A stretch of 54,427 nt of DNA from Verrucomicrobiota bacterium (GTDB lineage Bacteria > Verrucomicrobiota > Verrucomicrobiia > Limisphaerales > SXQI01). The first letter of the stretch is position 1. Every line of letters starts with the position of its first letter. The notes under the pieces were generated by a model. The model ran no database searches and had not been told where the DNA came from. It saw only the letters and a program-made list of their open reading frames with translations. The DNA lies in assembly GCA_033762115.1 (NCBI GenBank), contig JANRLX010000099.1, positions 1-54,427 on the forward strand, read 5' to 3'. Shown here piece after piece: positions 48,054 to 54,427 of this stretch. The position numbers were made by a program, and so were the translations under genes.

Positions 48054-49409
48054 TTAATGATCAGGATCATGCCTTGTCCATTGCCACTCCAGCAAAGAAC
48101 GGGTCCTTGAAGTCACTTTAAATAATTCACTGATCCTTAATGGTTCAGCCCAAAAAATTCGCCCGTCAGCGGTGACTGCAACCAGCACGTTTCGTTTTTC
48201 CTCTGTGTTCAGTTTCAGGTTCGTGAGCAAGTCCTGTAACTTGGAGGAGGCTGGATTTCCGATCGGGTGGAATTGATCTCCGGGTTGCCAAAAACGCAGC
48301 GTGATTATCTCTCCGACCTGCTCAGCATCAAAGTACTCGGTTCCCGGGACACTTTTGAAAGGCTGGATTGGAATTTGTCGCCATTTGAACTGTCGTTCAT
48401 GGAACTGAAGTTCCTGCGATTCGTTCAATCGAACCTGTTGCTGTTCCATTCGAAAAGCTACTGCCGGAGCTATTTTGATAATCTCACCCCCTGGTGCAGA
48501 CCGAATGCCCACTCCTTCCCCGGCAATGATGGTTTCTTCGGGGTGAAGCCTGAGGAACTCAATCAACTCGAATGAAGGTTGAAGCTCCAGCTTCAATAAA
48601 TTCAGGTGAAACACCTCCCGTTGCAACGCTATGGGCAGGTTTGTGAAGGGTGTTGAGCGTCGATTCAGCCAATCGAGGGCCGCATTCCGCACAAAATCAG
48701 ATTGTGCTTTCAAATGCTCCATCTGCCGGCGCAGCACTGAAAAAATAGCTGGCTGGTATTCCTGTTGCAACAGTGGCAAAAGCTCACCCCTGATCCGATT
48801 GCGAAGAAATTTTGTTTCCTGGTTTGATTCGTCTTCCCTGAACTCAAATTTTCCAAGTTCAAGATAGGAAAGGATTTGCCGCCGATCTGCGGTCAAGAGA
48901 GGGCGTATCAGAAAGAGTTCCGGATCGCACCAGGAAGGGGTTATCGGCTCCATCCCACCCAATCCTTCACCGACTGTTCCACGCAAGAGCCGAAGTAAAA
49001 ACAGCTCTGCCTGGTCATCCCCATGATGGGCCAGGGCGATGTAACGGATTTGTTGGGCGCGGGCGGTTTTTGTAAAAAATTGATGCCGCATCTCCCGCGC
49101 CGCCATTTCGATGGAAAGACCTTCCCGTTCAGCAAAGGCACTCACCTCACCGAATCCGAGGAAAAAAGGAAGGGAAAGGGATTTGGCAACGTCATGGACG
49201 AAATCTTCATCCTGATCACTGGAATGCCCCCGAAGGTTGTGATTATAATGCGCAACCCTCAGCTGCAGGTCGAACTCACCTGAAACGTTGTGGAGAAGGT
49301 GGAGCAGGGCGATGGAATCCGCGCCACCGGAAACTGCCACCATTAGGGAGGTGGAGCGAATCCCGGCGTCGGACAGGAAGGTGCGAACCTGCTCGATTAA
49401 ATCGGGCAC
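48054..49409 (-). CDS. tilS: tRNA(Ile)-lysidine synthetase
   Basis: AVSGGADS, HYNHNLRG, EMAAREMR, AHHGDDQAE, IRPLL, DESN and RNRIR. Confidence 0.97.
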   Translation of the reverse strand: MPDLIEQVRTFLSDAGIRSTSLMVAVSGGADSIALLHLLHNVSGEFDLQLRVAHYNHNLRGHSSDQDEDFVHDVAKSLSLPFFLGFGEVSAFAEREGLSIEMAAREMRHQFFTKTARAQQIRYIALAHHGDDQAELFLLRLLRGTVGEGLGGMEPITPSWCDPELFLIRPLLTADRRQILSYLELGKFEFREDESNQETKFLRNRIRGELLPLLQQEYQPAIFSVLRRQMEHLKAQSDFVRNAALDWLNRRSTPFTNLPIALQREVFHLNLLKLELQPSFELIEFLRLHPEETIIAGEGVGIRSAPGGEIIKIAPAVAFRMEQQQVRLNESQELQFHERQFKWRQIPIQPFKSVPGTEYFDAEQVGEIITLRFWQPGDQFHPIGNPASSKLQDLLTNLKLNTEEKRNVLVAVTADGRIFWAEPLRISELFKVTSRTRSLLEWQWTRHDPDH

Positions 49410-49493
49410 GGTTAGCTTTTAATGGAAGCCTCTGAGAAAGACAGGGAAATATTGGCTTGTTGAAGGCCTTTAGTCACCCAGCAAGCTGACAGA

Positions 49494-50219
49494 TCAACCT
49501 TTGATATTTACCGAAGCAAAGGGATTCTGGCCGAAGGCGGCTCCTTCCTCAGTGGCATTCGTTGCAACCCGAGGCTTTTTTGCTTTTTCAGACGGAGCCA
49601 GGTTGGGTCCAGGCTCCTCTTCCTCTTTCCTGCGAACGGCAGCTCCCCCTTCATCAGGATGTTTGGCCCGTTTGGCGCGAGGATGAGGACTTAACATCAA
49701 GGTGATGCCTTTGCCGATCAATTTTGGCGGGGAATCAGGATGTCCCCAAGCCGCTACATCCTTGATGAAAGTATGAATTTTTTCAAAACCGTACTCCTGG
49801 TGGGCCATTTCACGCCCACGGAAGCGCAAGGTGACCTTGACCTTCATGTCCTCGCACAAAAAATCGATGGCATGGGTCAACTTGGTGGAGAAATCGTGTG
49901 GATCGATTTGAGGACTTAACTGGATTTCCTTGACCTTGTTGGCGTGCTGATGCTTCTTGGCTTCCTTTTCCTTTTTCGCCTGTTCGTAGCGGAATTTTCC
50001 GAAATCAACAAGGCGACAGACTGGGGGGGTGGCATTGGGAGCGATCTCCACCAGATCGACACCTTTGTTGCGAGCCAGATTGATTGCATCACCCAGCGAT
50101 AAAATACCAAGCTGCTCCCCTTCATCGCCAATGACACGCACCTCGCGGGCACGGATTTTCCCATTGATTCGGACAAATGGGGTATTCGAAGGAGAACGAG
50201 GAACGAAAGGACGACTCAA
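49494..50219 (-). CDS. infC: Translation initiation factor IF-3 (TTG start, C-terminal extension)
   Basis: RINGKIRAREVRVI, DLVEIAPNATPPVCRLVDFGKF and KVKVTLRFRGRE. Confidence 0.97.
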   Translation of the reverse strand: MSRPFVPRSPSNTPFVRINGKIRAREVRVIGDEGEQLGILSLGDAINLARNKGVDLVEIAPNATPPVCRLVDFGKFRYEQAKKEKEAKKHQHANKVKEIQLSPQIDPHDFSTKLTHAIDFLCEDMKVKVTLRFRGREMAHQEYGFEKIHTFIKDVAAWGHPDSPPKLIGKGITLMLSPHPRAKRAKHPDEGGAAVRRKEEEEPGPNLAPSEKAKKPRVATNATEEGAAFGQNPFASVNIKG

Positions 50220-50393
50220 GACGCCCTCACCGGTTGAAGTTTATCCATGCAATATCTAATCAATCATTTGCGTGTTGTGAACACACCTTATCCTTAGAAG
50301 TAAACCAAATGGGCAAAAATGGCAAGCCCGTTTGTGATTCTCAAGCAGTCCAATGAAAGCCCAAAGATTAACGTAAAAGTTGAAAATCACGGG

Positions 50394-50428
50394 ATGGTCG
50401 AAAGTGGGAACAAGTGGGAAATGGTGAA
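50394..50428 (+). promoter_or_regulatory. 10-bp-phased direct repeats resembling a MraZ (dcw) box
   Basis: ATGGT(50394), GTGGG(50404), GTGGG(50414) and GTGAA(50424). AAGTGGGAA is repeated exactly. Confidence 0.5.
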
Positions 50429-50554
50429 TCATCCCAATTCATCTTAAGGTCATGAATCGCAAAAGCAGGGGAGTTGTTATGTGATGATCATACACGATTG
50501 ATCAGCTCGTTTTTGCTCTCGTCAGGGGCTGCCGTTGACCGTAGCGTAGCTGTT

Positions 50555-51715
50555 ATGGTTACTGATAGTGTCTTTGCCGAGCAGCCTGCAAAAGCGATTG
50601 AACCGCTTCCCCCTGTGGTCAAACCGCGCAAGGGATCTTTTCAATTGCTGAAAGAAGTGCTGAACCATGGCGGTCCCGGTTACCTGCAATTTGCCATCAC
50701 GAACCTTTGCAACGCCAAGTGCGATTTCTGCGGTTTCGCGGTGGATAAATTCGATCCCAAACAGCGCCGTAGCGTGACTCTCAAGGAGGCGAAGGAGGTG
50801 ATTGATATCTGTGTGAAAAACCACATCGGATATCTTTTGTTTGTGGGGGGTGAACCGCTAATCCACAAGGACCTTCGCGGAATGGTGCGTTATGCCGCTG
50901 AACGGGGGATCAATCCAATGATCTGCACCAATGGCTCGCTGTGGACTGAAAAGAATATGCGTGAGCTCGCCAGCGACGGCCTGAGCAGCGTGATCATGTC
51001 AATCGATGCGCATGATGTGGCGAGCCATGAGAAAAACCGGGGGTTGCCGGATGTCTGCCGCAAAATCAAGCATGCCAATGAAGTCCTGACAAAACTGGGG
51101 ATTGCCACCACGGCAAGCATCACCGCGAGCAAGCTGATTGAGGATTACCACAAACTCCCGGACTTTCTTGAGGAACTTGGTTTTACGAACTGTACATTCA
51201 GTTATCCATTGACCACCCTGAATTCAAGTTACCTGAGTTTCAGCGAATCCACCCTGGTGAATTACAAGCGGGATGAGCTGGTGGAGGTTTTTGACCGGAT
51301 CAAATCATTGAAGGGGAGCGGCCGTTTTCCAGTGATGAATCCTTCCCAATCACTGGATGACATGCAACGCCACCTCAAAGGAGCCAAGGAAACCTTTGGC
51401 TGCCTGGGGGGGCACAAATATTTTTACCTCGACTGGAACCTTAACCTTTACCGCTGCCATTTCTGGGAAAAGCCGATGTGCAGCATTTACGATTTTGATG
51501 AGAGCAAGCTGGTCAAGGATGGCTGCACCCGCTGCATGATCGATTGTTACCGTGATCCAAGCGTGATGCAGTTTGTGGCGGTAAATATGAGCGAAGCGTA
51601 TCATAACCTGAAGAAAGGAAAGATACTCTCCGCACTTAAAAAGGTGGCAGATCCCCGCAATGTGACTTCGCTCCGGGCTGTTTGGGAAGAGCGGCAATGG
51701 ATCAAGAAAGTGTAG
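50555..51715 (+). CDS. Radical SAM protein with a C-terminal Twitch/SPASM-like Cys domain; probable start 50555
   Basis: CNAKCDFC (CxxxCxxC), GGEP, TNG, SID, CLGG...YRC and CTRCMIDC. Confidence 0.92.
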   Translation: MVTDSVFAEQPAKAIEPLPPVVKPRKGSFQLLKEVLNHGGPGYLQFAITNLCNAKCDFCGFAVDKFDPKQRRSVTLKEAKEVIDICVKNHIGYLLFVGGEPLIHKDLRGMVRYAAERGINPMICTNGSLWTEKNMRELASDGLSSVIMSIDAHDVASHEKNRGLPDVCRKIKHANEVLTKLGIATTASITASKLIEDYHKLPDFLEELGFTNCTFSYPLTTLNSSYLSFSESTLVNYKRDELVEVFDRIKSLKGSGRFPVMNPSQSLDDMQRHLKGAKETFGCLGGHKYFYLDWNLNLYRCHFWEKPMCSIYDFDESKLVKDGCTRCMIDCYRDPSVMQFVAVNMSEAYHNLKKGKILSALKKVADPRNVTSLRAVWEERQWIKKV

Positions 51716-51744
51716 TCTCGCCAGCGCCACCAGCCGGGCCACTG

Positions 51745-52656
51745 TTAACCCAGTTGCGGGTACCTGAGCCTTAAAGCCGACAAGGCATGCTCCTTGTGCT
51801 TGGCCTCAATCTCCACATAAGGCACGGAGAAGAGGGCTTCGGGAAAATCTGTGATCAGGTCACTATGTTTTTGATCGAGAAAATGGGTGGCGCCGTTTGA
51901 AATATGAGCGATCTGCCATTCCCGTTTTGGCCAGGTCTCCGCGGCGGCTTCCAGAAAATAAGCGACACTGGCATCCCGGTAGCTGGAAAGCTTTTCCTTA
52001 ATGACGTGGTGGTGCGGATCAAAAACCATTGGGATTTCGGATTGCTTGCAGATTTCCAGAATTTCGGCGGCGGAATAGGCGTGCTCATCATTTTCCAGCA
52101 CGAGACGTTTTCGAATATTGGGAGGCAGCCCGGCGATTGTTTCGCATAATTGTTCAGCCCTTCCACTTTTTCCGCCATGAAGAATGAATGCGGCCCAGGG
52201 GGTTTGAGGCAGGCCGAATGAATCAAATAAGCGGGCATGTTCCTGCATGATCCCGATGCTCTGCTTAACGACTGCAGGCCGTTCGGAGTTCAGGACCACG
52301 TACTGGTCGGGATGCATGATGATCCGCAGTCCCTGTTTCCGTGCAATTTTTCCAATTATTGGAAAGTGTTCGCTTAGTTCAGCGTAGACTTTTGCACCTG
52401 CCGGATAATCGACCATCGGAAATAATCCGCAGAGCAGTCGGTAAAGGTGAATCCGGTTCGCCCGACAGTAATCGATCGCCTGGAGGAATTTTTGAAGATT
52501 GTCCTTGTAGATGGAACGGAGGGCTTCCTCCGCCTGGATTGGCCCAAGGCCCAGGAAGCGAGAGCGAGTGATTGTCCGGTAACGAATTTCCTCGCCATGA
52601 GTGATACAGACCAATCCCAATTTAGTGGTGAACTGATGACCTGCTTCCGTTTCCAT
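51745..52656 (-). CDS. uvsE: UV DNA damage endonuclease UvsE
   Basis: LGLVC, HPDQYVVLNS, LHGG, LENDE, FDPHHH, HSD and EAKHKE. Confidence 0.95.
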   Translation of the reverse strand: METEAGHQFTTKLGLVCITHGEEIRYRTITRSRFLGLGPIQAEEALRSIYKDNLQKFLQAIDYCRANRIHLYRLLCGLFPMVDYPAGAKVYAELSEHFPIIGKIARKQGLRIIMHPDQYVVLNSERPAVVKQSIGIMQEHARLFDSFGLPQTPWAAFILHGGKSGRAEQLCETIAGLPPNIRKRLVLENDEHAYSAAEILEICKQSEIPMVFDPHHHVIKEKLSSYRDASVAYFLEAAAETWPKREWQIAHISNGATHFLDQKHSDLITDFPEALFSVPYVEIEAKHKEHALSALRLRYPQLG

Positions 52657-52693
52657 GGAACAGTTTACACTCGTTTTAAAAACAGGGGATGAC

Positions 52694-54427
52694 TCACAAG
52701 CTTTTCAAGTAGGCATACAGATCGGCCAATTCCTGGGATTGCGCTCCATCCAGCAGACCGGAGGGCATCAGTGAACCTTCAGCAGGTTGCGAGCTGATGA
52801 TCTCGGCATCATCCAGGCGGACATTCATGGAGGGGCCGGTCTGGAGGATCACGCCATCGGCAGAGCTGAAAGAAATGATCCCTGTATGGAGTTGCCCGGA
52901 ACGTGTCTGATAAACAATCGGGCGATATGGCGGGGCAACATCCTTTTCCGGAACAACAATGGCTGCAAAAAGGTCCTCAGGGGAAAAACGTTTTGCTGCC
53001 CCGCGAAGGTCCGGTCCCAGGGAACCGGCCCCGGAGTGGCAGGTGGCACATGCCCTCATTTGGAAAACCGATTCCCCTCGTTTGATATTTCCACTCTCCC
53101 AGGAAATGGCGCTCAACCGTTTCCGCCACTCCTCCCAATTCACTCCCTGCAATTGCGACACTGCTTCCGGATTGACACGGGTGATGCCTTCGAGGAGGGG
53201 GACGAGCACGGAATGAAGTTCACTCTTAATGACATTGGTCGATGAGGTGACCGTATCGATCCGTTTTTCCATTTCGACATCGATCTGAAAGCTGGACCAG
53301 AATTGGTTCTCCCCGAGGGAATGCCGGAGAAGGGTGATCCCCTGTTTGCGAATGGCCGCAGCACGGGGCTCATCGAATGAACGTTGGAACAGTTTTGCCA
53401 GTGCGGCGAGAGTCTCACGATCACTTTGAGGGGGAAATTTCAGCAATGCATTCAGAGAACCGGCAACAATCGAAGGCCGGGGCGAGTTAAGTCCCCATAG
53501 ATAGAATGACCGCAATTCAGGCCGTTGATCCTTCAGGAATTCGATAACGAGCGACTCACGCAATCCCATATTTTCCCACTGATTGGTGAAAAGGGGAAAT
53601 GTTTCGCTGGAGGGGAGAAGGCCAAGCAACCGGACCAAAGTGGGAGACCATTGGAATTGAGTATTTTCTTTTACCTGCTTGAGATAAATGGTTGCGGCTT
53701 GCCGGAGCGGTTCCCCTTCCAGGGCTTCGGTGAAAATCAAATGGCCTGCGGTGGGGAACGCGGGATCGGCTACAAGTCGTGCGGCAAAGGCAGGTTCACG
53801 TTCATTCAGTTTTTGGATCACTTCGTTCAAACGCTTCCCCCAATTCTGTTTGCTGCGCTGTTCCCTGCCTTCCAGTTTGTGATCGAGCCGCAGGACCGTG
53901 TTGGCGACCTGATCGACTGCACCTTCCGGCCATGCGCCACGCAACCGGGAGAGCACAACCAGATAATGAAATTCCGTGGTTGGGTTTGCTTCATCGGTAA
54001 AAAAGCGAACCGTTTTGGAAACAGTTTCCGGTGAATCATCCATCAACATGGCCAGAAGGCGGGAAATTTCGAAATTGGAAACCGAATCAGGTGCCGGGTA
54101 AGCCGCTCTCAATATGGGAAGTAACAGTTCCCGTTGATCTCGTTTGAGTGGCTCAGCAAGGGTGTAGGCAGTATAAACTTCAGTGAACGGTTTATGCAAA
54201 TTCCAGTCGCCGAGAGCGATCATGATCAGTCGGAGCGCCTGCTGGCGAAGATAGGCTTCGGAGGTGTGAGTGAGAACGGCTGTGATCCGCTCCAGCGCTT
54301 CGTCACGGTCCGGCTCAGGACGGCCAAGCGCAGCGAGGATTGAAGTTAATTCTGCCTGTGGCGTGAGCGCCTTCTCGGATTGCCAAAGTTGTTCCCATTC
54401 GGTTTTTGGCAGGGCGGAAGCAATGCC
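52694..54427 (-). CDS. PVC-type heme-binding (CxxCH) protein, 5'-truncated by the window edge
   Basis: The frame stays open from 54427. It has helical repeats, CATCH...LGPDL and SLMPSGLL...DLYAYL. Confidence 0.88.
   Translation of the reverse strand, partial: GIASALPKTEWEQLWQSEKALTPQAELTSILAALGRPEPDRDEALERITAVLTHTSEAYLRQQALRLIMIALGDWNLHKPFTEVYTAYTLAEPLKRDQRELLLPILRAAYPAPDSVSNFEISRLLAMLMDDSPETVSKTVRFFTDEANPTTEFHYLVVLSRLRGAWPEGAVDQVANTVLRLDHKLEGREQRSKQNWGKRLNEVIQKLNEREPAFAARLVADPAFPTAGHLIFTEALEGEPLRQAATIYLKQVKENTQFQWSPTLVRLLGLLPSSETFPLFTNQWENMGLRESLVIEFLKDQRPELRSFYLWGLNSPRPSIVAGSLNALLKFPPQSDRETLAALAKLFQRSFDEPRAAAIRKQGITLLRHSLGENQFWSSFQIDVEMEKRIDTVTSSTNVIKSELHSVLVPLLEGITRVNPEAVSQLQGVNWEEWRKRLSAISWESGNIKRGESVFQMRACATCHSGAGSLGPDLRGAAKRFSPEDLFAAIVVPEKDVAPPYRPIVYQTRSGQLHTGIISFSSADGVILQTGPSMNVRLDDAEIISSQPAEGSLMPSGLLDGAQSQELADLYAYLKSL

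Noticed and set aside
50555..51715. RiPP maturase or HpnH/MoaA assignment for the radical SAM gene
   Set aside because: There is no credible precursor peptide, RRE or pathway gene nearby, and the motifs are not specific enough to name it.

Overview
This window is a gene-dense bacterial chromosome segment, most likely from Verrucomicrobiota subdivision 3 (Pedosphaera/Limisphaera-like). The taxonomy is inferred from PVC-type CxxCH heme proteins and large Ig/PA14/delta-60 secreted proteins. It opens with an OmpR-type regulator/kinase pair split by a 1058-aa secreted protein. Next is a small-protein + nucleotidyltransferase module bracketed by two candidate structured small RNAs, then a 2004-aa surface protein and an FKBP PPIase. 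The middle holds an hsp20-lon-LolA-like-ECF sigma cluster, tRNA-Leu(TAG), a PAS kinase/receiver cluster, lepB, a PVC heme protein and a metallothionein-like gene. These are followed by a degraded second nucleotidyltransferase module and a solitary fliD with a sigma28-type promoter. The right part holds a convergent polysaccharide locus (glycosyltransferases, Wzy-like, FHA, wza, wzc, beta-barrel), an NtrB/NtrC-type pair, corA, tilS, infC, a radical SAM gene, uvsE and a partial heme protein. I saw no CRISPR array, transposase, integrase or rRNA. The most unusual signals are the RNA-bracketed nucleotidyltransferase cassette (5381-6495) and a MraZ-box-like phased repeat far from any dcw gene (50394-50428). 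All family calls come from motif recognition by eye, and no searches were run.
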